From assembly GCA_038087875.1 (NCBI GenBank), contig JAXLNO010000605.1:124001-148521 (forward strand): a stretch of DNA of 24,521 bases, in the 5' to 3' direction. Below the pieces are notes generated by a model that saw only the letters and a program-made list of their open reading frames with translations, searched no databases and was not told the origin of the DNA. A program made the translations under genes and the position numbers. How positions within the stretch are numbered: the stretch's first letter is position 1; the number at the start of each line of letters is the position of its first letter. Shown here piece after piece: positions 10,936 to 19,628 of this stretch. Source of the stretch: Malacoraja senta (lineage: Eukaryota).

Positions 10936-11260
10936 ATAGGGACTGATTCTCTCTCTCGCTTGGAAAGTCTGTTTGGGTCCCAGGAATGAGGTGCCCTTTC
11001 TATATTCTATGACATAGTGGGCTGTAGCACCTATTTCTGTGCTATATATTTCTACATTTTATGACTGTGGGTTGAAGTCCCAGTTCCTGTTCTGTACTGC
11101 TTTATGATCTATGACAATTTGGGTCATAGTGCCTGTTTCTGTGTTGTATATTTCTGTTATATAACAGTGTGGGCTGAAGGACCTGTTCCTGTGCTGTACT
11201 ATAATCTGTGACACTGTGGCTGTCGGGCCTGTTCCTGTGCTGCTCTTTTTTTTATAGAAT

Positions 11261-11409
11261 ATAGACACAAAATGCAGGAGTAACTCAGCAGGACAGGGAG
11301 CATCTCTGGAGAGAAGGAATGGTTGATGAGACAACCCGAAACATCACCCATTCCTTCTCTCTAGCGATACTGCCTGACCCGCTGAGTTACTCCAGCATTT
11401 TGTGTCTAT
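11261..11409. mobile_element. Fold-back (inverted) copy of Penelope pLTR-derived repeat
   Basis: Arms 11261-11328 and 11342-11409 (about 68 bp) are reverse complements with few mismatches. Confidence 0.75.
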
Positions 11410-11466
11410 CTTCAGTTTAAACTAGCACCTGCAGTTCCTTCCTACACTGTACTTTTCTATGTGCTA

Positions 11467-12022
11467 TGACAGTGGGCCGAAGGGCCTGTTCCTGTCCTGT
11501 ACTTTTCTACATTGTGACACTGTGGGCCGAAGGGCCTGTTCCTGTACTGTACTTTTCTACATTATGTGACTGTGGGCCGAAGGGCCTGTTCCTGTACTGT
11601 ACTTGTCTACATTATGTGACTGTGGGCCGAAGGGCCTGTTCCTGTCCTGTACTTGTCTACATTGTGTGACACTGTGGGCCGATGGGCCTGTTCCTGTACT
11701 GTACTTTTCTACATTGTGTGACACTGTGGGCCGAAGGGCCTGTTCCTGTCCTGTACTTTTCTACATTGTGACACTGTGGGCCGAAGGGCCTGTTCCTGTA
11801 CTGTACTTGTCTACATTCTGTGACTGTGGGCCGAAGGGTCTGTTCCTGTCCTGTACTTTTCTACATTGTGACACTGTGGGCCGAAGGGCCTGTTCCTGTA
11901 CTGTACTTGTCTACATTCTGTGACTGTGGGCCGATGGGCCTGTTCCTGTACTGTACTTTTCTACATTGTGTGACACTCAGGGCTGAAGGGCCTGTTCCTG
12001 TACTGTACTACTCTCTGTTCTG
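11467..12022 (+). repeat. Minisatellite, 11 units of 48-52 bp
   Basis: Consensus TGAC(AC)TGTGGGCCGAAGGGCCTGTTCCTGT(A/C)CTGTACTT(T/G)TCTACATT(G/ATG/CTG/GTG); head-to-tail with no spacers. Confidence 0.97.
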
Positions 12023-12099
12023 CATGCTGGGTGAGGACTGGGTGGACAGAGAGGTCTGTTTCCACCCTGTGGAAGTTTACTGTGAGCGCGGGTTCCTAC

Positions 12100-12525
12100 C
12101 TTATAGAGTTTAGCGGCCTCGCCAATCGGGCCGGTGCAGTGACCCTGGTGATCGCGGGACGTGACGCACACAAACCACACAGATCGGCCTCCGGTCATCA
12201 CTGGCTGCAGTAAACCTTCAGCCTCTCGTCGTGCTCTGTCCTGGCAGCGAAGCTCTGTCTGAACCACCGCCTCGTCCAGTCTGAGCTTCATTACATTCTC
12301 CACTATGTTGGACACAAACCGGTTGGGTCTGAGCGTCTTTTCGGGCAGCAGCGCCCGGCACTGCGGACAAGTGATCGTCCCTCGCTCCGACTGCCAGTGC
12401 CGGACGATGCAGGTCCGGCAGTAATTGTGGGCGCAGTCTATCGTTACAGGATCGACAAAGAAATCCAAGCAGATGGGGCAAAGCGCCTCATCTTTCATCG
12501 ACTGTAGCACGTCTATGCTCGCCAT
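12100..12525 (-). CDS. TRIM-family E3 ubiquitin ligase, first coding exon (C3HC4 RING + disrupted B-box 2); possibly a pseudogene
   Basis: Start in GCAATGG context at 12525; MASIDVLQSMKDEALCPICLDFFVDPVTIDCAHNYCRTCI..CPQCR..LRPNR; B-box tail SRDHQGH..PIGEAAKLYK; phase-0 donor AAG/GTAGGA at 12100. The exact paralogue cannot be named. Confidence 0.9.
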
Positions 12526-12561
12526 TGCAGCCTGTCGCCCTCTCCGAGTCCCGGACGGTGA

Positions 12562-12573
12562 AGTTTCACTTTC
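12562..12573. promoter_or_regulatory. ISRE / IRF element upstream of the TRIM start codon
   Basis: AGTTTCACTTTC matches AGTTTCNNTTTC, about 37 bp 5' of the ATG; ETS-like ACCGGAAAT on the minus strand at about 12594-12603. Confidence 0.65.
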
Positions 12574-12634
12574 GCTCTGATGGAAAAGCGGCGATTTCCG
12601 GTACATTTCTTTGCACAAATCTGCAGATTGTAAA

Positions 12635-12728
12635 GATAGACACAACAATGCTGGAGTAACTCAGCGGGTAAGGCAGCCTATTCCTCTTCTCCAGAGATGT
12701 TACCCGACCCGCTGATTTACTCCAGCAT
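12635..12728. mobile_element. Short fold-back copy of Penelope pLTR-derived repeat
   Basis: ATGCTGGAGTAACTCAGCGGGT (12648-12669) pairs with ACCCGCTGATTTACTCCAGCAT (12707-12728). Confidence 0.65.
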
Positions 12729-12744
12729 GTGGTGGGGAGAGGGA

Positions 12745-12875
12745 CAGGGCAGTGTTTACCACTTTTTGCCATCTCCTTCATTCCTGGGCGTTCGAGTTGC
12801 TGAACCAGGCCGTGATGTAACTGGTCAAAATGCTCTCTGCTGTACACTGTACACTGCTGTCGAGTATTTGTCGAT
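12745..12875 (-). mobile_element. Rex1/Babar ORF fragment
   Basis: CTAESILTSYITAWFSNSNAQE*RRWQKVVNTA on the minus strand. Confidence 0.7.
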
Positions 12876-13015
12876 ATAGCGATTCTCCTCAATTTGAAAA
12901 CCCCCCCAAGGGAAAAAAATAAACCACCTAAAATGTAGTGTGGGTGGTTGCTGGAGTGAGTCTAGGCAAATTGGGGAGACTGAAATGAGACTGATTAGTG
13001 TAAATAAGTTTGAGT

Positions 13016-13290
13016 GAAATACAAAGTGCAGGAGGAACTCAGAGGGAATAGATTGGTGATGTTTTGGATCTGGATCTTTCTTCGGACTACAAGTAGGGGG
13101 GAGGGGGATGGAGAAAGCTGAAAATAGAGAGAGGTGGGGGCAGGACAAATCCTTGCATGTGATGGGTGGATACAGGTGAGGGGGGAGGGGTAGATTGTCA
13201 GATGGGTGGACAAAGGCAAGAGATGAAAAGTAGACAAAAGGGTGTCAGGGAAAATGAGTGAAATGTGAAACCAGAGAGAGGGATAGGGGC
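13016..13290 (-). mobile_element. Penelope-like 3' UTR / pLTR
   Basis: Pyrimidine-rich UTR on the minus strand ending in a degenerate hammerhead-like core (CCGAAGAAAGATCCAGATCCAAAACATCACC). Confidence 0.55.
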
Positions 13291-13509
13291 CAAGGAAAGA
13301 GCGTTCATGTCACGACCCTGTTTCCACCAATCTTTCACACTACCAAGCACAAGAAGCGCAAGACAGCCACCATTGTATGCACATGCCAAGAAGCTCTGGC
13401 TGAACAACTTCTAATCTTGTGTGTGGACTCGATAAGAAGAAGAGAGAGGGATATAGATGGAAGGGGAAAGGGGAAAAAGTGGGTTAGGATGGTGAAAGTT
13501 TACATTTGA

Positions 13510-14560
13510 ACCCTTATCAGAAGGGCTTAATAACGACTATTTATGAGTAGACTTTGAAATTTTAAAAAGATACATTTGATAAAATTAAGAATGACTGGGA
13601 AAGGGAACCTCAAATTTCTTTATCTATGGAGAAATGGGAGAGGATTCTTCAATTAGTTAATACTTCCTCAATGTGTGCAAGACACGTTTTGATACAATTC
13701 AAGGTGGTCCACAGAGCTCATATGTCAAAAGATAAGTTAGCTTGTTTTTATGGTCATATAAATCCTACCTGTGACAGATGTAATTCTGGAGTAGCCTCAT
13801 TGACTCATATGTTTTGGTCCTGCCCACTTTTGGAAAAATATTGGAAATACATTTTTGATACAATTTCTGTAGTTTTAGGTATTGATTTACAACCTCATCC
13901 TATTACTGCAATTTTTGGGCTACCAATGTTAGATTCTAACATCTGTCCCGTTCCGCCCATCGGCTGATTGCTTTTACCACATTAATTGCCAGAAGATCTA
14001 TTTTATTTAAATGGAAAGACTAATCCTCCGACCACTCTCCATTGGTAGTCTGAAACAATATCATGTTTAAATTTGGAAAAAATTAGGAGTGACATTGTTC
14101 AACCCTTGGTTAAATTTGATAGGACTTGGGGAAGATTTATTCAACATTTTCATACAACATAAATTGTCCCCTCTCCAACTGTTATAATAATTCTTTTACC
14201 TTTATACGGTGGAACGGACTTGACGACAAACAGGGACTTAAATTGTTGAAATTCTTTGCAGCCCAGATTCTGTTTTGCTTTTTTTTTTAGTTTATTTTTT
14301 TTTTATTTTTTTGTTATTTCTCTTTGTTTCTTTTTTTTTTCTTTTTAACTTTTTGTCTTTATACATATAAGTTCTCTTTTAAACACTTAACTATATCTAC
14401 ATCGAGACCGGGAGGTCTATATTCAATGTGTATTTTGACACTGGACTCATATTTTGGTTATACCTGCCATTAATTTAACCCTGATCCCTATGTGTCAATA
14501 TCATTGTTATGTTTATCATTATTTTGTTGTTGTCTTGTTTTTGCTTTTTAAAAAGATTTT
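13510..14560 (+). mobile_element. L1/Tx1-clade LINE 3' fragment
   Basis: ORF 13626-13967 with LIQFKVVHR and CCHC knuckle CDRC..SLTHMFWSCP; T-rich 3' UTR. Confidence 0.85.
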
Positions 14561-14619
14561 AAAAGAATTAATGGATGGAATGGACCCCACTCCCAGTAAT
14601 GGATGGAAACTGAAAGTGG

Positions 14620-14998
14620 GGTCACTGGAAATTGAGGGGGCATGGGCGGTGGGGTTGGGTGGGGGGTGGTTACTTAAAACTGGTCCTGGAGATTTTTAAT
14701 GTTCATACTGTTATGTTTTAAGCTGTCAAAATGGAATATGAGGGGCTGCTTCTCCAGTTTGCAAATTGCCCCACTCTGGCAATGGAGGAGGGCCGAGACG
14801 GAAAAGTCAGTTATGGATTGAAGATAGACACAAAATGCTGGAGTAACTCATCGGGTCAGGCGGCCTCTCTGGAGAAAAGGAATAGGTGACGTTTCGGGTC
14901 GAGGTCAGGTTTGGAATGGGAAGGGGAGTTAAAATGTTTAGCAACCGGGAGATCCAGAAGGCTTTGATGGACCGAGTGCAAGTGTTCAATGAAGGGGT
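14620..14998 (-). mobile_element. Penelope-like GIY-YIG endonuclease C-terminal relic, interrupted by a pLTR piece (14815-14905)
   Basis: Minus strand FIEHLHSVHQSLLDLPVAKHFNSPSHS / DFSVSALLHCQSGAICKLEKQPLIFHFDSLKHNSMN. Confidence 0.75.
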
Positions 14999-15221
14999 TG
15001 TATCATTGTGTATGTGTATGTGAATCTGTGTTTGCATTGTTCCATCCCTACCCAGTGCACATTAAGGCCAGACTTCCCTTGGGCCTCGAGAGATTAGGGG
15101 CAGATAGGCTGCTCGGCCCACTAAACTTTTCAAAAGCCCAGCACAGATGAAAGCAGAGACATTTCCTTGAGATTTAAAGAGATTCGGCAAGTCACCAAAC
15201 ACTCTGACAAACCTATACAAA

Positions 15222-15415
15222 ACTCAAAATGCGGAGTAACTCAGGCAGCACCTGTGGAGGAAATAGAGAGGTGATGTTTTGGATCGGGGCCCATCTTCAT
15301 TCGCAACCAGAAGCATCACCCATCTATCCACTCGGTCTACAGATACTGCCTCACCCACTAAGCTACTCCAGCACTTTGTGTTTTTCTCCAGGGTCCAGTA
15401 ACTTTAGTTCCTTAT
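15222..15415. mobile_element. Diverged fold-back Penelope pLTR-derived repeat
   Basis: AAAATGCGGAGTAACTCAG..GGTGATGTTTTGG..CAGAAGCATCACC..TAAGCTACTCCAGCACTTTG. Confidence 0.55.
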
Positions 15416-15479
15416 ATCAAAATGTGTATATATGCACTGTAGAAATGCTCCACAGTTCAGTTCAGTTTCACTGAGGTAC

Positions 15480-16297
15480 AGGGAATCAGGATACAATAGA
15501 TTGCATCGTGGCCTGGCACAACAATTTCAATACACAGGAACGCAAGGCGCTGCAGAGAGCGGTGGAATCAGCCGTCCATCATGGGCACAGCCCTGCCGTC
15601 CATGCAACACATATAACCATATAACAATTACAGCACGGAAACAGGCCATCTCGGCCCTTCTAGTCCGTGCCGAACACTTACTCTCACCTAGTCCCATCTA
15701 CCTGCACTCAGACCATAACCCTCCATTCCTTTCCCGTCCATATACCTATCCAATTTATTTTTAAATTATAAAATCGAACCTGCCTCCCCCACTTCCACTG
15801 GAAGCTCATTCCACACAGCTACCACTCTCTGAGTAAAGAAGTTCCCCCTCATGTTACCCCTAAATTTCTGTCCCTTAATTCTCAAGTCAAAAAGGTGCTA
15901 CCATCGGGCAGGAGGTACAGGTGCCTGAAGTCCCACACCAGTAGGTTCAGGAACAGCTACTTACAAAATACCATCGGGCAGGAGGTACAGGTGCCTGAAG
16001 TCCCACACCAGTAGGTTCAGGAACACCTACTTTCCTACAACCATCAGGTTCTTGAACTGACCTAATCAGACCTCCACAATGGAAGACTACAGACCATAAA
16101 TGTGCTACCATGGAGTTGTTTTTCAAATTGTGTTTTGCATTAATGCCTTGTTTTTTATGCAGTTGTTTGCTTTATTTAACTGTCATGTAGAATTTATGTG
16201 TAGATTATCTTTGATTTATGATTTTGTGTGTTGTCTGTCTAAGTGATTCAAGCTATACCTCACCATTCTTGTGCATATGACAATAAACTTGACTTGA
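15480..16297 (+). mobile_element. Rex1/Babar LINE 3' region, split by a CR1 3' end
   Basis: CIVAWHNNFNTQERKALQRAVESA.. then LPSGRRYRCLKSHTSRFRNSY (twice); tail GACAATAAACTTGACTTGA. Confidence 0.75.
15609..15888 (-). mobile_element. CR1 LINE 3' end (different subfamily)
   Basis: Minus strand RGNFFTQRVVAVWNELPVEV; 3' UTR with GGGCCGAGATGGCC stem-loop and GTTATATG-type tail. Confidence 0.85.
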
Positions 16298-16396
16298 TCA
16301 TGGCTGATGTGATTGAAAGCCTAATTCCACATTCCTGCCTATGCCAATAACTTTATACCCCTTTATTGAAGTGCCGTTGAGACTCTGCTTCCACTG

Positions 16397-16549
16397 TGTG
16401 GTGCAGTTGATCAAGCTGCTGCCTCACAGTATTAGAGATCTGGGTTAGATCCTGACCTTGGGCGCTGTCTGAGTGAAGTGTTGTTGCATAGGTTTTCTCT
16501 CACATCCAAAGGTGTACAGGTGTGTAGAATAATTGGCCTCTGTGAATTC
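16397..16549 (+). mobile_element. tRNA-derived SINE (HE1/V-SINE-like), diverged
   Basis: A-box-like GTGGTGCAGTTG, B-box-like GGTTAGATCC, partial V core. Confidence 0.6.
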
Positions 16550-16552
16550 CAG

Positions 16553-16826
16553 AGTGGTGCAGCGGTAGACTTTAGAGATACAGTGCGGAAACTGGCCTTT
16601 TGGCCCACCAAGTCCAGCACCAGAGACCCGCTTTGATTGTGGCTACAGGTGCAGTCTGTAGGGAGATTGTACGTTCTCCCTGTGACCGCCATGAGTTTTC
16701 TCCGGGTGCTCCAGTTTCCTCCCACATTCTAAAGATAGGCAGGTTTGCAGGTTAATTGGCTTCCATAAATTTATCTAGTGTGTCGGATATGAACCTGGGA
16801 TAAACGGTGATCGATGATCAGCGTGA
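16553..16826 (+). mobile_element. tRNA-derived V-SINE (HE1-like)
   Basis: GTGGTGCAGCGGTAGA head and V-domain TGTACGTTCTCCCTGTG..TTTTCTCCGGGTGCTCCAGTTTCCTCCCACA; short inverted CR1/SINE tail inserted at about 16570-16615. Confidence 0.75.
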
Positions 16827-16827
16827 A

Positions 16828-17562
16828 GCATTGCAACAGTTCTGGTTGTCCCACTACAAAAGGCATGTGGAGGCTTTGGAAAGGGTGCAGGAGGTTTACC
16901 AGAATGATATGATAATAAGGAACTGCAGGTGCTTTTTTATGCCAAAGATAGACACAAGATGCTGGAGTAACTCGGCATCATGATGCTGCCTGACCCGCAG
17001 AGTTACTGAAGCACTTTGTGTTTACCAAAACGATGCCTGGCTTCTTAGTCTGAAGAAGGGTCTAGACCCGAAAAGTTGCCTATTTCCTTCCCTCCATAGA
17101 TGCTGCCTCACCCGCTGAGTTTCTCCAGCATTTTGGTCTGCTCTGGCTTAGTGGGTTTTAGCAACAGGAAAGGTTGGACAGTCTTGGATTTTTTTTCTCT
17201 GGAATGCCAGAGGTTGCAAGGTGACCTGATAGAAGTATGTAAAATGATGGGAAGCATAGATAAGGTTGACAGAACCTGTTTCCCAGGATGAAATATACCA
17301 AATACTAGAGGGTATAGCTTTAAGGTGAAAGGGGCAAAGTTTAAAGATGTGTGGAGCAAGTTTGTACACAGGGGTCGTGGAGTGCCTGCAACACGCTGAC
17401 AGTGGTGGTGGTGGAAGTAGATACGATAGTGGCATTTAAGAGCGTTTTGGATAGGCACATGGAAACTCAGGACATGGAGGGATGTGGATTATGTGCAGCC
17501 AGATCTGGGCATAATTTTCAGCACAGCATAGACCTGTTCATGTGCTGTACTGTTCTATGTAA
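16828..17562 (+). mobile_element. Old CR1 LINE 3' fragment interrupted by two Penelope pLTR pieces (16910-17022, 17045-17140)
   Basis: QFW..ALERVQ..FSLECQRLQGDLIEVCKM..TRGYSFKV; tail GTGCTGTACTGTTCTATG. Confidence 0.8.
17047..17080 (+). ncRNA. Degenerate minimal hammerhead ribozyme motif in a Penelope pLTR
   Basis: CTGAAGA-A-GGGTC(TA)GACCC-GAAA core; stem III is mutated relative to the GAAACGTC seen at 14887-14895 on the minus strand. Confidence 0.5.
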
Positions 17563-17624
17563 TCACACTGAAGGAAAACATACCTTGTTCATATTTTACA
17601 TGGGCAAACCCTTATTTTTATAGA

Positions 17625-18030
17625 GGGACTCCTAGTTCTAGATTTATTCACAAGGAGTAATATCCTTTCAAGATCAACCCTTTTAAGGACTGAACATCTT
17701 TAATGTTTCAATCATGTCACCACCAAAATGAAAGCTAGCAGTATCAAACTTAGTCTGTGCCTCCTTTCCTATTGGGACAATGTCATACATTCCAGCTGCT
17801 AATCTAGTAATCCCTCAACTACTTTTCATCCTTCATTAAATGGTTGACCAATACATACTCCAGATGTGTTCTTCTCTGGTCTTCTTTCTTTCATCAAAGC
17901 CCTGAAGCATAACCACCCCAATTATGAATACAATTTCCATTGCAAAAACACTTCTAGCTGGCCCAATTATTTGCTGTGCCTGCATTTCAGCCTTTTGTAA
18001 ACCATGTACAAGGAGAACCAACAATAAACA
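17625..18030 (-). mobile_element. Very old CR1 LINE ORF2 C-terminal fragment
   Basis: Degenerate similarity to the RPHLEYC..W (CACATCTGGAGTATGTATTGG) and RGDMIETL segments of the other CR1 copies. Confidence 0.55.
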
Positions 18031-18785
18031 CAATGTGCTGGGGTCGTCAGCGGCTCAGCCAGCATCTCTGCAGAAAAAGGATAAGTGACGTTTCAGATCG
18101 GAAACATTCTAAGCCAATATGTAGAGGAACCAACTAGTGGGCAGGCCATCCTAGACTGGACTTTGTGCCATGAGGAAGGATTAGTTAGCAATCTTGTGCA
18201 AAGCTTCTTGGGCAACAGTGACCATAATATGGTAAAATTCTACATTAAGATGGAGAGTAACACAGTTAATTCAGTGACAATGGTCCTGAAATTAAAGAAA
18301 GTTAACTTTGATGGCATGACGGGAATTGGCTGGGTTAGACTGGCAAATGATACTTAAAGGGTTGACGGTGGATATGCAATGGCAAAGATGTAAAGAGCAC
18401 ATGGATGAATTACAACAATTGGTCATCCCTGTCTGGCGCAAAGATATAACAGGGAAGGCGGCTCAACCGTGGCTAACGAGGGAAATTAGGGATAAATCCA
18501 AGGAAGAGGCATATAAATTGGCCAGAGGAAGCAGCAAACTGGAGGACTGGGGGAAATTTAGAATTCAACAGAGGACAAAAGGGTTAATTAAGAGGGAAAA
18601 TAGAGCATGAAAGAAAGCTTGCGGGGAATACAAAAACTGATTGTAAACGCTTCTTTAGATATGTGAAGAGGAAGAGGTTAGTGAAGACAAATGTAGGTCT
18701 CTTACAGTCAGAAACAGGTGACTGGGAAACAGGGAAATGGCAGACCAGTATCTCCCAGAAATAAATGGGGACCGAGGATCTAGCG

Positions 18786-19306
18786 CAGGGGTCGGCAACC
18801 TTGTTCTGCATAGGGGCCGGGACGCATGTCTGTGAGCGGATGGCGGGCCACATCTATCACGTGTACACATGGATCCCGCCCCGGATGGCAGGCATCAAAT
18901 CACGTGTTCACAGAAGGTAGACGAAAATTCTGGAGAAACTTAGCGGGTGAGACATGCAAGTATTTTTGTCTACCTTCGATTTTTCCAGCATAAGCAGTTC
19001 TTCCTTAAACGGGTTCACAGAAGGTGCGCGGCCGTGTTGGCGGCTTTGCGCAGGATGCGGTACAACTTCCAGAGCTCGGCCGCGCTCGAGGCACAGATGC
19101 TCGTGGTGCTTGGCCGTTGCTCGGGGCGCTGCTGCTCGGGGCGCTCGGCCTCTGCTCGGGGCGCTCGGTCACTGATCGGGGCTCTCGGCCTCTGCTGCTC
19201 GGGGCGCTCGGTCACTGCTCGGGGCGCTCGGTCACTGGTCGGGGCGCTCGACGGGCCGGACGATTTCTGGTTACGGGCCGCAATCGGCCTGGGTTGCCGA
19301 CCTCTG
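18786..19306. mobile_element. Non-autonomous hAT (Charlie/Buster-type) MITE, 521 bp
   Basis: 15-bp TIRs CAGGGGTCGGCAACC / GGTTGCCGACCTCTG (1 mismatch); perfect 8-bp TSD ATCTAGCG (18778-18785, 19307-19314) with central TA; subterminal CGGGCC motifs. Confidence 0.93.
19118..19250 (+). repeat. GC-rich 20-bp minisatellite inside the MITE
   Basis: About 6.5 copies of TGCTCGGGGCGCTCGG(TCAC/CCTC). Confidence 0.9.
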
Positions 19307-19591
19307 ATCTAGCGTGACGGAGGAACTGAAGGAAATTCACATTAGTCATGAAATTGTGTTGGGTAAACTGTTGGAACTGAAGGCAGATAAATCACGAAGG
19401 CCTGATGGTCTGCATCCCAGAGTACACAAGGAGGTGGCACTAGAAATCATGGATGCATTGGTGATCATTTTCCAATGTTCTACAGACTCTGAATCAGTTC
19501 CTGTGGACTGGAGGGTAGCTGATGTAAACCAACCTTTTAAGAAAGGAGGGAGAGAAAACAGGGAATTTTACTTCGGAGTCACGTGAGTGAC

Positions 19592-19628
19592 TACGTGAAG
19601 AGCCCATCCAGCACGCATGCGCGACATT
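19592..19628. repeat. DIRS left inverted terminal repeat
   Basis: Reverse complement of 24271-24307 at 36 of 37 positions. Confidence 0.95.

Larger units (their letters stand above)
18103..19567 (+). mobile_element. CR1 LINE ORF2 (APE C-terminus, linker, start of RT); host of the hAT MITE and the DIRS element
   Basis: QYVEEPT..ILDW..SDHN..; FRYVKRKR; EELKEI..KADKS..PDGLHPRV..DWRVA..FKKGGRE. Confidence 0.92.

Noticed and set aside
11318..11352. Complete hammerhead at the hairpin centre (TTGATGAG..CGAAACATC)
   Set aside because: C3 is missing, stems II and III do not pair, and the apparent stem I is just the inverted-repeat arms.
11467..12022. CRISPR-like array of regularly spaced hairpin repeats
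   Set aside because: Units are head-to-tail with no unique spacers, there are no cas genes, the context is vertebrate, and the unit matches LINE/SINE tails.
11977..12099. C-terminal extension of the TRIM ORF
   Set aside because: Read-through past a canonical phase-0 donor into intron and satellite.
11466..12113. Cys-rich repetitive ORFs (metallothionein- or keratin-like)
   Set aside because: They are translations of the minisatellite, with the frame changing between units.
12526..12648. 41-aa N-terminal extension of the TRIM ORF from the ORF track
   Set aside because: It starts at a non-ATG codon inside a repeat; MAS at 12525 has good Kozak context and the usual distance to the RING.
13308..13430. 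TGTCACGACCC as the start of a second LTR
   Set aside because: No matching CA end, TSD, TATA or polyA signal found; segment left unassigned.
16397..16470. tRNA gene
   Set aside because: Only degenerate A/B boxes with no cloverleaf; it continues into a SINE body.
18947..19317. GC-rich ORFs as a host exon or CpG-island gene
   Set aside because: Enclosed by hAT TIRs and TSD, and largely a 20-bp minisatellite.
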